Source: an uncultured Parachlamydiaceae bacterium
Lineage (GTDB): Bacteria > Chlamydiota > Chlamydiia > Chlamydiales > Parachlamydiaceae
Assembly: GCA_963752155.1 (NCBI GenBank)
Contig: CAVVXH010000011.1
Coordinates: 264,651-328,650 of the forward strand
Direction: 5' to 3'
DNA: 64,000 nucleotides
A program made the position numbers and the translations under genes. Positions 50,590 through 61,285 of this stretch are shown here, one piece after another (position 1 is the stretch's first letter; each line of letters starts with the position of its first letter). The notes under the pieces are model-generated. The model had not been told where the DNA came from. It did no database searches and saw only the letters and a list, made by a program, of their open reading frames with translations.

Positions 50590-52860
50590 ATGGAATCAAC
50601 TTCAAAATTAGAACAGTTTATTTCAAAAGCAAATAATTATATTGATAAAGATGTGTCAAAAAATCAAATCGAAGAGCTTGCACAATTGGTTATAACTAAT
50701 TCAAATTTATTAATAGATGTAGATCGATCAATTTTACAAAAAATTAATGTTAAATTATTAAATGAAGGAAAAATGTCAAGTGAAAATAGTGCTGTTTTCT
50801 TAATTCAATATGCCTATAATAATTCATTGAATCGCGAAAATAAATTATTTAAAGAGGTCTCAGACGATGCATCCTTTTTACAACAGACTTTAAGCCCTCT
50901 AAAAAATTTAAATAACACTTATAAAGTGGTCATTTCGCAAAATCGGGTCACAGGCCAATTTGATGTTTCAATCTCCAAGGGAACCCCTTCAAAATGGGAA
51001 TCCTTTAAACAATCTACCTATACTCCACTTTATGAGATTTCCGAAAGTCCAGAAAAAATTTTAAGTTTTATATCTATCGGAGTTCACGTGCAAAATATAC
51101 TATCAAATGTAAATCGAATAACGGAAAAATTGAATAAAGACGAAATTTCACCTGCAGAAGTTGAAAAATATTTAGGCCTACTAAAGTCCTTAAACGAATC
51201 CTTGAAGGATGGTGCTATTGGTTTAGAAAGATTGCAAAGTTCTCCACAATTTGAAAATTCATACCTAGAACTCACAAAAGATAAAAATGCTCTAGAAAAA
51301 GTGATAGGGCATGTCGAAGCTCTGCATTCTGAATATTTCGATCTTAAAAATTTTTTGTTATCCGTCCCACAAGAAAAAAGAGCTTCAGTGAAAAAACTCT
51401 ACCATGAAACGAAAAGCCAAGCGTACAGTATTCGAAGCCAAACGTTCAATCCCACATTGATCATACATGAAGAGAGATTTCTTAACGATTTCTCAAGCTA
51501 TTTAATAGAAAAATCAAACATTCTTCCCTGTCAGCCCGATTTCAAAATCTCAAATGGCTCCCCAGATGATCTTAAGAATCTCAAAGTCATTCCGCTAAAA
51601 ATAAATGGGTCTATTGTCGATAATCCGGAAGAATTCATATTGAATCTGGGAAAAGGTTTTGAAAAGAATACAAAAACTATGCAAATATTCGCAAAAATGA
51701 TTTCTCCTGAAATGTTTAATGAATTACTAAAAGTAGCTAAAAATCTATCTAAAAATGAAAATCTATCTCCTTTAGGAAATTCTATAATAGCTGAAATAAA
51801 TACAGATAAATATGGATTTATTGAAATTGTTTTAAAGATTGGATGTGGAAATATAAATGCTAATGGAGAAGTTGAAGAATTCTTATTAGCTAGAAGAAGT
51901 ATTAAGATTTTAATAGAACATTTAAACACATTCCTTTTAAATAATAAAGAAATGAATTTGAACGATGGGGCATTTACAATCACAGATTTCATTTCAAAGG
52001 AAGTGAAGGTAAAAGAATTTGAGTTTAATGATAGAGAATACGAGACATCTATTGGGCCGATGTTGACCCATTTTACGCCTGCTAAATCTACTTGGGGATT
52101 AGAAACAGCTAAGATGCTATCTACAACAGCCGAACCTTTAAAGAATATAGATGCGATCGAAGTTTTTGTCAGTATCCTGAGAGGAGAAAAAATTGATATG
52201 ACACCCGTTCAACTAATAGGTAAGGGAGAGAATGGAATCCCATTTATAGTTCCGGCATGCTATACAAAAGATGTAGATAGAGTAAGCAGCGTTAAAATAA
52301 ATAATGTAGAACATAAGGGTGCATACGAAATCTTTAAAAGATTGGCTGAAGCCCTTGGAGAAGATCCAAAGGAACCCGCTGTAACAACTTTCGTCAGTAG
52401 CCTAGTCAATCAGGCCATGGCTTCTGACATAACTAATTCATTGGTTTTCTTTGTGGAGGATGAATTTCACTCTGAAACTCTAGGTGAAAGAACTTATGAA
52501 TTCAATGTTGATTCCAAAAACAACTTAACTATCGAACTTAAAGCTATTTCTTATGAACAAGTTAATGGCCCAAAAGGTAATGGCCTGGCTAAGGGCCGAG
52601 TTATTACGCGTAAATATCAAATGCCACTCAAAGAACTGCAGACAGCAGTGCAGAATAAAAGTCCCGAATTGTTGGTGAATATTCAAAGTGAAACTAAAAT
52701 ATCTGATTCATTTTTTGTTCGAGGAAAGAACCAAACCTATGATGATCCCCCATCAATTCTCAATCACAAAGACAAACGAATATCTAAACTCGACAACGGA
52801 GGGAGACTTAACAAAGAAGACGCTATAGACCTCTTAGAGAATTATCAACCAAAATCCTAA
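50590..52860 (+). CDS. Large hypothetical protein, putative secreted effector
   Basis: 756 aa, AGGAG RBS; apparent internal domain duplication. Confidence 0.7.
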   Translation: MESTSKLEQFISKANNYIDKDVSKNQIEELAQLVITNSNLLIDVDRSILQKINVKLLNEGKMSSENSAVFLIQYAYNNSLNRENKLFKEVSDDASFLQQTLSPLKNLNNTYKVVISQNRVTGQFDVSISKGTPSKWESFKQSTYTPLYEISESPEKILSFISIGVHVQNILSNVNRITEKLNKDEISPAEVEKYLGLLKSLNESLKDGAIGLERLQSSPQFENSYLELTKDKNALEKVIGHVEALHSEYFDLKNFLLSVPQEKRASVKKLYHETKSQAYSIRSQTFNPTLIIHEERFLNDFSSYLIEKSNILPCQPDFKISNGSPDDLKNLKVIPLKINGSIVDNPEEFILNLGKGFEKNTKTMQIFAKMISPEMFNELLKVAKNLSKNENLSPLGNSIIAEINTDKYGFIEIVLKIGCGNINANGEVEEFLLARRSIKILIEHLNTFLLNNKEMNLNDGAFTITDFISKEVKVKEFEFNDREYETSIGPMLTHFTPAKSTWGLETAKMLSTTAEPLKNIDAIEVFVSILRGEKIDMTPVQLIGKGENGIPFIVPACYTKDVDRVSSVKINNVEHKGAYEIFKRLAEALGEDPKEPAVTTFVSSLVNQAMASDITNSLVFFVEDEFHSETLGERTYEFNVDSKNNLTIELKAISYEQVNGPKGNGLAKGRVITRKYQMPLKELQTAVQNKSPELLVNIQSETKISDSFFVRGKNQTYDDPPSILNHKDKRISKLDNGGRLNKEDAIDLLENYQPKS

Positions 52861-52980
52861 TGTCACAAATGTACAAAGGGTGCTAATTCATTTTTAGAGT
52901 TCAAAGGAGATCTAGCTATAGTCCAGGGAGCTGTTCTGCTCCCTGTCTCATGTATTTATGGAGTGCTCAATCTATGTCGC

Positions 52981-54063
52981 TTATTTTACAAGCGTTGCTG
53001 AACTGTAATTTTGGATATTTTTCTCTTCAGTAGATTTGTCTATATTGATCAAAATATGTGTACTTGTATCAATTTCTACATCACTTAAAGAAGAGACAAT
53101 GATATGATTACCTTGTTGCCAATTTTTGAATCTATTGCTTCTCGAAAACCAAACTGAACCGTCGCTTAATATTATTTCTTTTCCATTTCTTGATATTTTC
53201 TGAATAATAGGCAGATCGATTTCTTCTGAGTAGACATTAACAATGGTTGCATTGATTTTTTCGGAATTCCTCAAATTTATCAACTTACATTCTTCATCGT
53301 TAAAGGCAAATTCTATATTATCGCCAATTTCCCAATCTAATTTGGGTCGAGAACCTTTCCAAATGGTTTTATTATTTAGTTCAATTATAATAGAACCAGT
53401 TTCTTGCCAAATGCAATTAATGATAATTTTCCAGTCCCTATTCTCACGTTTATTGAAATCTTCAAACTTTATTGTTTCAGGTGAAAATAGAAGTTGAGCT
53501 CTTACGTTTTCAGGTAAGTTATTCTTTCCTCGATCCAAATTTAGCAAAAGATGATCTGCATTACCAAAAACAAACTCCTGTGCGGTTACAATAATTCTGT
53601 CTCCTGGTTGCCAATCCTTCATCCAAGAACTACTCCATGAGCCAATAAACCACCTTGTTGCATCTTGCAAGACTATTGTATTTGTCGATTTTTTATCATT
53701 TCTTATGACCTCCTTAATAGTGGTCACTTTTAAATCCGCTGCATTTGGATTTTTGAGTTTCACGGGAACGCACCCTTGACAGCTTGCATTCTGTAAATAA
53801 TAACCTTCAGTATAAACATAGACAATGTGAATACGGTCTCCAAGATGCCAACCATAAAGACCATCAAAAAGATCTTTATATTCACAAGTCCAGGAAGTTC
53901 TATTGTTTAAATAAATAGTTGTCGTCTCAGATACATCAGTTGCTTCTATGGTCATGATTGAGGATGCGCATGGCACTTCTGAGATATTATTAAAATCTGA
54001 ATAGGCATACGAAAAAAAACTCACAAAAACGATAAAAAATAATCTTAGAGCCATGGCCGGCAT
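52981..54063 (-). CDS. Exported hypothetical protein with four beta-rich repeats
   Basis: Signal peptide; repeated 'I.L.(D/N)...W' and 'W..G(D/N).I' motifs. Confidence 0.7.
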   Translation of the reverse strand: MPAMALRLFFIVFVSFFSYAYSDFNNISEVPCASSIMTIEATDVSETTTIYLNNRTSWTCEYKDLFDGLYGWHLGDRIHIVYVYTEGYYLQNASCQGCVPVKLKNPNAADLKVTTIKEVIRNDKKSTNTIVLQDATRWFIGSWSSSWMKDWQPGDRIIVTAQEFVFGNADHLLLNLDRGKNNLPENVRAQLLFSPETIKFEDFNKRENRDWKIIINCIWQETGSIIIELNNKTIWKGSRPKLDWEIGDNIEFAFNDEECKLINLRNSEKINATIVNVYSEEIDLPIIQKISRNGKEIILSDGSVWFSRSNRFKNWQQGNHIIVSSLSDVEIDTSTHILINIDKSTEEKNIQNYSSATLVK

Positions 54064-54143
54064 CCTTTATTTGAAAAGTTGTCAATTTAAAAAGACTCAG
54101 CATAGAGGAATTTCTAACTTTTGTCCAATCAAAAGTTCTAATA

Positions 54144-55054
54144 CAGCAATTCCCGCTAATTTTCGTGCCCGTGTGCGTGCCCGAAAATTAGTATAATCTA
54201 CGAAATTTTTCGGGCACGGGCACCCTATTTTCCGCAGATAAAAGTGATGCAATTTTGTGATGCCTTACTGATGTCAACCACCATGGAAAACGATCCCCCT
54301 TGGCGAGGACAGCCAAGTTGGTTGTTTTTGATTGGCAAAATAGATTATCATATTAAATTATCCTGCGGAGGTCTGCCAATAATGTTTCTTTCCAATTCCT
54401 AGCATTTTAAGTATGCTCAAATTCAAATCAGATAGTTCATCATGATAATGTTCAATGATGTCACCACCTTCCTCAATTATCATTCTTATCGTTATTATCG
54501 TTCCTATATACCGTTGATCTACAGTAGCAACAGAACGCATCAAGCTGTGAACATCAATGAAATTGCAGTAAAATAAGCTCAAAATACCCTGTGAGTTGGA
54601 TATGTAGACGTAATCAACCATGCAACGATAAAAACGATAAAAACGATAAGAACGATAAGAACGATAAAAACGATAAGAACGATAAGAACGATAAGAACGA
54701 TAAGAACGATAAAAACGATAATTGAAGAAGGTGGTGACATCATTGAACATTTAATTATCGAAGATATCGGAAGATACTTAGAGAATTAAATGAGATTGAT
54801 AAGAAAGTCAAAAATCTTTTTAACCAGAATGAGAAAGAATTAATTCAAAAAAGCTCAAAAGGAAGGTCGAATTTATTGATTGAAGGAGAGGTGATTTCGG
54901 GGTCAAATTTGAAAAATGTTCCGAAAAAGGAATAAAAAAAAGTGTAGACCTAACTCCACACACTAGTATACAATGTTTTTCGGATAAAATCTTGCATCAC
55001 TTTTACCTGTGGAAAGTAAGGGGCACGGGCACGAAAGTTTAGCGAGAATTGCTG
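54144..55054. mobile_element. Composite family C MITE (CAGCAATTCCCGCT ends, 9-bp TSD GTTCTAATA) with nested IS remnant and 9-bp repeats
   Basis: TSD at 54135-54143 and 55055-55063; inner IR TTCCGCAGATAAAAGTGATGCAA / TTGCATCACTTTTACCTGTGGAA. Confidence 0.8.
54624..54720 (+). repeat. 9-bp tandem array AACGATAA(G/A), ~10 units
   Basis: Same unit as 8760-8973. Confidence 0.95.
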
Positions 55055-55116
55055 GTTCTAATACGTTCTATTTGATAAATAAGTCAACAACTCACTTGGA
55101 ATATTCTCAGGTCTTT

Positions 55117-55178
55117 GCTTTAAAAATTCTCAAGCGTTCACTTTAAAAATTCTCACTTGCCTATTTTAAAAATTCTCA
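55117..55178 (+). promoter_or_regulatory. Three phased direct repeats TTTAAAAATTCTCA upstream of the ATPase gene
   Basis: Spacing ~22-24 bp, about 30 bp before the ATG. Confidence 0.6.
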
Positions 55179-55206
55179 TTATCCTAAAAATAAAAAAGAG
55201 AGAAGA

Positions 55207-56427
55207 ATGTACAAGAGACATCAAGAATCTTCGGTGTTGCATGGTTTAAAAGTACGCAGAGTCGTATTACTATGCGGTCCACGACAGTGCGGAAAGTCTA
55301 CTCTTGCGGAAAATTTACCGCTTGAAGGTTTAGAGTACAGAACGTTGGATAACGCTACTTTACGGTCCTATGCTCTAAGTGATCCCGATGGCTTTGTCCA
55401 ACATAAAAGCAAAACATTGGTGATTGATGAGGTGCAAAGAGCTCCCGACTTGCTCACAGCTGTAAAAGCTAAAGTTGATCAAGACAAGAGAGTTGGACAA
55501 TTTTTGCTAACTGGATCTAGCAATTTACTTGCCATTCCCACAATAAATGAGTCATTGGCCGGCAGAATACAAAGAATACGCTTAAGATGTTTAAGCCAAA
55601 GCGAGATTTTAGGAACAACTCCACATTTTATAGAATCAGCTTTTGCTAAAAATATTCCTCAACCGCTTTATTACGAACGGGACCAAATTTTGGAAATAGC
55701 ATTGCGCGGTGGATTTCCTGAAGCCGTAGCGCTAGATTCTTCAGAACGGACTTTTTGGCATAGAGATTACATTGAAGCTTTACTCGAACGAGATTTAAAG
55801 GACATCTCTCACATATGGAAGCATAATGTGATGGATGAGCTTTTGCAAATAATGGCGGCTTGGTCCAGTAAATTTATGGATATTTCAGCGATTGGTTCTC
55901 ATCTAGCAGTCAGTCGGCCTACTTTACAAAGTTATATCAATGCTTTAGAAGCGCTCTATCTTTTGGAGACGGTTTCTCCTTGGATAAAGACAGATTATGA
56001 TCGGATAGGAAAACATAATAAAGTATTTATGACTGATTGTGGATTGATGAGTTCCTTATTGGATTGGAATTTGGATCAAATTTGCTTAGATGCGGATAGA
56101 TCCGGCAAGCTTGTTGAGACCTTTGTTTTTAACGAGTTGTCAGCTCAGATTGATCATCAAAGGGGGATGTTCAAACTTTTCCATTATCGAGATCATCAAA
56201 AAAGAGAAATCGATTTTATTATTGAACGAAAGGATGGCTCGCTACTATGTTTGGAGGTAAAGGCCGGTGCTACAGTAGGATCTTCAGACTTTAAACACAT
56301 CACCTGGTTTAAAGAAAATATCGCTAAGGCACGCCCTTGCCACGGCATTATTCTCTATGCTGGCGAGCGCCAGATTGCCTTTGGGGCAGATCTTCTAGCT
56401 GTCCCTCTAGCTGCACTTTGGAGCTAA
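55207..56427 (+). CDS. AAA_14-type ATPase with DUF4143 (wHTH/nuclease-like) domain
   Basis: GPRQCGKST, IDEVQ, LTGSS, ESLAGR, GGFPE, 'EIDF...EVK'. Confidence 0.9.
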   Translation: MYKRHQESSVLHGLKVRRVVLLCGPRQCGKSTLAENLPLEGLEYRTLDNATLRSYALSDPDGFVQHKSKTLVIDEVQRAPDLLTAVKAKVDQDKRVGQFLLTGSSNLLAIPTINESLAGRIQRIRLRCLSQSEILGTTPHFIESAFAKNIPQPLYYERDQILEIALRGGFPEAVALDSSERTFWHRDYIEALLERDLKDISHIWKHNVMDELLQIMAAWSSKFMDISAIGSHLAVSRPTLQSYINALEALYLLETVSPWIKTDYDRIGKHNKVFMTDCGLMSSLLDWNLDQICLDADRSGKLVETFVFNELSAQIDHQRGMFKLFHYRDHQKREIDFIIERKDGSLLCLEVKAGATVGSSDFKHITWFKENIAKARPCHGIILYAGERQIAFGADLLAVPLAALWS

Positions 56428-56431
56428 AGCG

Positions 56432-56498
56432 CAGCAGTTCCCGCTAAACTTTCGTGCCCGTGTGCGTGCCCGTGCCCGAAAATCAGCGGGAATTGCTG
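56432..56498. mobile_element. Minimal 67-bp family C MITE
   Basis: CAGCAGTTCCCGCT...AGCGGGAATTGCTG; flanks GCTAAAGCG / GCTAAAGTG. Confidence 0.8.
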
Positions 56499-56583
56499 GC
56501 TAAAGTGCAGATCTGTTGATAAATATATCAGGAGAGCTTATAGTATACCTATTAGTATTTGTTCAATTTTAGCGAGGAAAAGC

Positions 56584-59500
56584 ATGTTTAAAGACGTTGA
56601 AAAAGAAAGTTTTGATGAAAGAGAACTGAGAGTCCTAGAATTTTGGCAACAAAAACGTATTTTTGAACGTTCTGTAGAAGAAAAGGGCAATCGTCCCCTC
56701 TTTTCATTCTATGACGGCCCCCCCTTTGCAACAGGTTTGCCTCACTATGGACACTTACTTGCAGGTTCTATTAAGGATGTTGTCTTGCGCTACAAAACGA
56801 TGAGAAATTACAAAGTCCCCAGACGATTTGGATGGGATTGCCATGGTCTGCCAGTAGAAAATGAAATCGAAAAATCTTTTGCTCTAAATGGTGCAGCCTC
56901 GATTGAAGCTTTTGGGGTCGCCAATTTCAACGAAGAATGTCGCAAAATTGTTCTTCGCTATACTGAAGAATGGAAAACTCTAGTTCAACGCATGGGTAGA
57001 TGGGTAGATTTCAACAATACCTATCTCACAATGAATCTTACCTTCATGGAAAGCGTTTGGTGGGTTTTTCAACAACTTTTTGAAAAAGGATTAGTCTATG
57101 AAGGCTATAAAGTCATGCCTTATTCCGCTAAATTAGGAACCCCTTTATCTAATTTTGAAGCTGGAGAAAACTATAAGGATGTTGACGACCCCTCTTTAAC
57201 AGTCGCTTTTGAACTTTTAGAAGAAACCAGACACTTATGTTTTAGCCTGGACGACAACTCCTTGGACGTTAATTTCAAACTTAGCTCTCATGGTTGGACC
57301 TTACTATCGAATATGTTAAAGTGAAGGATTTGAGCTCTGGTAAGCAATACATTTTAGCCAAAGCTCGCTTAGAAGCTGCTTTTAAGACTCCTTCAGATTA
57401 CACTATCCTAGATCAATTTCAAGGAAAAGTCCTCGAAGGGAAAAGATATCGTCCTCTTTTTGATTATTTTGCTGACAAGGCAACTGAGGGTGCATTTCGA
57501 ATCATCATGGAAGATTGCGTTTCGATTGAAGAAGGTACCGGCATCGTCCATTCCGCCCCAGCTTTTGGAGAACTCGATTTTTACGCTTGCCAAAGAGAAA
57601 AAATCCCTCTAGTTTGCCCTGTAGACGACAATGGCCAATTTTACAAACGAAATCCCTGAATACAAAGGACTATTTGTCAAGGATGCCGACAAACAAATCA
57701 TCAAGCGTTTAAAAGAACGCGGACATGTTTTCCATCATGCTACAATCCATCACCGTTATCCTTTTTGCTGGCGTTCCGACACCCCTTTGATTTATAAAGC
57801 GGTCACCACATGGTTTGTGGCTGTTGAAAAGATCAAAGAGGCTTTACTCAAGTCAAATGAACAAATCCACTGGACACCTGCTCACATCAAATACGGTCGT
57901 TTCGGAAAGTGGCTTGAAGGGGCTCGAGATTGGGCCATAAGCCGAAACCGCTATTGGGGAACCCCTCTACCAATTTGGCGTGCAAAAGATGGTTATTTAC
58001 TTGTCATCGGAAGCATCGCTGAACTTGAAAAAGCAACCGGAGCAACAGTCACAGATCTCCATCGTCACCTGATCGACGATCTTGTTATTCACAAAGATGG
58101 CAAAGACATATCGACGAGTGCCTGAAGTGTTTGACTGCTGGTTTGAATCAGGTTCTATGCCCTATGCTCAAAATCACTATCCATTTGAAAATAAAGAATT
58201 TGTAGAAAACAGCTTTCCGGCCGATTTCATCGGAGAAGGTCTTGATCAAACAAGAGGATGGTTCTATACTCTAACCATATTATCAACGGCTCTTATTCGA
58301 TAAGCCAGCTTTTAAAAATGTGATTGTCAATGGCATTATCCTCGCTGCTGATGGCGCTAAAATGTCAAAACGATTACGCAATTATCCGGATCCATCGATT
58401 ATCGTGCAAAAATATGGAGCCGATGCGATACGTTTATACATGATGCATAGCCCAGCCGTCCGTGCTGATGATCTCTGCTTTCTTGAAAGTGGTGTTGAAC
58501 TTGTTTTGAGGCAGATATTGATTCCTCTATGGAACGCCTACAGTTTCTTTATCACCTATGCCCGCATTTATCAATGGACACCTCCTGCTCAATTGGAAAA
58601 GCCAGATGCCGAGATTGATCAATGGATTCTATCTTTATTGAATAAGCTTATCAAAGATGTCCGAGATGGGATGGATGACTATGATTTAAATCGTGCTGTT
58701 GAGCCTTTCATCGGTTTTATTAATCAGGTCACCAATTGGTACATCCGTCGTTCTCGTCGTCGGTTTTGGGAAGAACTGCCTTCAAAAGATCGCAATGATG
58801 CCTTTGCAACACTCTATCAAGTGCTCTTTACCCTCACAAAGGTGATCGCGCCTTTTGTGCCATTTATCAGCGAAGCCATTTATAGCAATTTACGCCAAAA
58901 TAGTGATCCTGATTCTGTACATCTTTGCCTTTTTCCAGAATATACTGCAGCTGTCCGAGATGAAGAACTTGAAACAGGAATGGATGTTGTCCAAAATGTC
59001 GTCAGTTTAGGCCATAGCTTACGAAAAGAACATAAACTCAAAGTACGTCAACCCCTAGAATGTGCCTACATTGCAACAACTGATTCCAGAATTTTAAAAT
59101 TACTCGAAGAGCATGCCCATCTCATCGCCGATGAACTGAATGTCAAAGAGATCCACTTTACGACTGATGAACATCAATTTGTTCTGTTAAAAGCGAAGCC
59201 TAACTTCCGCACGCTTGGAAAGAAAGTTGGAAAACTGATGCGGCAAGTTCAAACGACGATTGACTCACTCGACCAATCATTGTTGGATAAATTACTGAAT
59301 AAACAAGAGATTTCAATTGACGTAGAAGGAAATTCGATTCGGATTTCTCCTGAAGATGTTGAAGTTGAACGTCAGGTGCGTGAGGGGATGATTGCTGCTA
59401 ATTTAGGGGCTATTACGATTGCTTTAAAAACAGAACTTTCTGATGAGTTGCTGAGCGAAGGACTTGCTCGCGAGATCGTCAACAAAATCAATACGATGCG

Positions 59501-59708
59501 TCGCGAAGCCGAACTTGCAGTTTCAGACCGTATTAAAGTAACGATAGAAACGACTCAACGCGTTCAGAATAGCTTTGAAAAACATCGTCATTTCATTTGC
59601 AATGAGATTCTCGCAACTGAAGTCACCTTTGGTAGCTCTAATGGAACAGAATGGGATCTCAATGGAGAAAAAGCAAGAATCTCCATAGGATCCATAGAAA
59701 AGATTTAA
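56584..59708 (+). CDS. ileS: Isoleucine--tRNA ligase (type 2), with five apparent +1 frameshifts
   Basis: [30 protein letters not shown] (alternate frame), [26 protein letters not shown]. Confidence 0.93.
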
Positions 59709-59754
59709 GATAAAACAGTATAAAGTGATCTCTCTACAACCACAGTGTAAAAGC

Positions 59755-59968
59755 TACTATTGGCATCACTACAATTTAACAAATTATTACTTTTTGGAGT
59801 GCGTGTGGCTTTGCCACCGCGCGATATTATTGAACCAAAATCTATGCCCGATGGTAAAAATTTTCCATAGATAGCTTATTACTTAACCAAATATACTCTC
59901 GCGCTGTGGCAAAGCCACACGCACTCCAAAAAGTATTTAGTTGTTAAATTGTAATAGCGCCGATAGTA
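59755..59968. repeat. Divergent family A palindromic element between convergent ileS and trpS
   Basis: Inner IR TTTTGGAGTGCGTGTGGCTTTGCCAC; different outer IR. Confidence 0.85.
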
Positions 59969-60034
59969 ATCATTACCTTCAGGGTCGTCCCTAAAAGACT
60001 TTTAATAGATAATTTCTTTTTTTCCTTACTCAAG

Positions 60035-61285
60035 TCAAAGATTTAAACCTTCTCGGAAATAAGGATCAAAGTGAAAGCCTAAATGCTGCCCTTCGAGCTG
60101 TATAGATTCTTTAGGGTAACGAGTATGATCGAAATCCCGATCCGGATTCATAAATAATTGAACAACTTCATCCGTTACCAAAAGGCGTGCTTCTTGGTGC
60201 TCGCGCAAGACCTCCCAAATCACTTCCGTTGCCTTCTTTTTGATTTCTGAAGTCATCATTCTCCCAGCCTGATACTCCCTAGCAATATTCTGAAGCTCGA
60301 TATCATCATCAAGAAAATAGAGTAAGTAATGATAGGGCACGTCAACGGAAAGATTTGCTCCTTTTTCAATATGCTCTTGTTTTGTCATTCCTCCGCCTGA
60401 AAAGGCCTTTTCTCTGATTTTTTTTGCAACAGCTTCTCGGGAATCATTCATAAAGATCACTTCTTTTTGTCCTGTAGAACTAGCTTTGTCGTGAGCATGT
60501 TCAAGACTTGGTAAAAATCGAGATTGAATCGTTGCAGGCTTGATAAATCCGAGCTTTTGCGCTATTTCTCTTGCCATACGAAAATAAGGGTACTGATCGA
60601 TAGCCATCGGTACTAAACAATGCACTTGACGTCCTTTAAATATATTCTCGAACGATGTACTGAAAGCGGGAGCGGCTTGAAAGCAAGGCCAGCTAAATTG
60701 TCCCACACTATTATTTAAATCTAATCCGTAAATACCATGAATCAAATTTCCGGAAGTGTGTTTCATCACCAACACAATATTTCGATAAAGAGATCCCCCG
60801 ACAGTTTCCAGATTCGAAAAAATCCATGTCTTTTTTGGGTTAAATCCGCAAGCAATAATATCTTTTGCATTGACACGCGTCAGTCGATTTGCTTCTTCAA
60901 GAGAAAGAGATTCTTTAAAATAATATTTCTCATCATCAGTCATTTGAATGACAACGATCGCATCCAGAGCATTCTGAAGATATTTTGTAAACATAAAGGG
61001 CACCATGTGCCCAAGGTGCAATGACTCGGAACTTGGTCCTCGGCCAGTGTAAAGATAAATTTCTTCTCCACGTTCATAGGCATTGAGGACGTGATCGAGA
61101 TCTTTATGGGAAAAGAATATCCCACGACGCAACCAGGGGTGTGCCTTGACTTTTGTTACCTGTTCGAAACGGCTAATGAGGGCCCCGTCAATTGGTTGAC
61201 AACCAAACTGAGAGATCAGCTTTAAGTAGTCAATACCAGCTGTCGAAGTGACTTCCCAGGGGGTGACTTTCGTTTCTTCTTCCAT
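60035..61285 (-). CDS. trpS: Tryptophan--tRNA ligase, eukaryotic/archaeal type
   Basis: VTPWEV, LRRGIFFSH, YLYTGRGPSSESLHLGH, AIDQ.PYFR, AFSGG. Confidence 0.92.
   Translation of the reverse strand: MEEETKVTPWEVTSTAGIDYLKLISQFGCQPIDGALISRFEQVTKVKAHPWLRRGIFFSHKDLDHVLNAYERGEEIYLYTGRGPSSESLHLGHMVPFMFTKYLQNALDAIVVIQMTDDEKYYFKESLSLEEANRLTRVNAKDIIACGFNPKKTWIFSNLETVGGSLYRNIVLVMKHTSGNLIHGIYGLDLNNSVGQFSWPCFQAAPAFSTSFENIFKGRQVHCLVPMAIDQYPYFRMAREIAQKLGFIKPATIQSRFLPSLEHAHDKASSTGQKEVIFMNDSREAVAKKIREKAFSGGGMTKQEHIEKGANLSVDVPYHYLLYFLDDDIELQNIAREYQAGRMMTSEIKKKATEVIWEVLREHQEARLLVTDEVVQLFMNPDRDFDHTRYPKESIQLEGQHLGFHFDPYFREGLNL

Noticed and set aside
54358..54750. 130-aa ORF with YRS/YRF repeats
   Set aside because: Read-through of the repeat array into a probable transposase remnant; not a coherent gene
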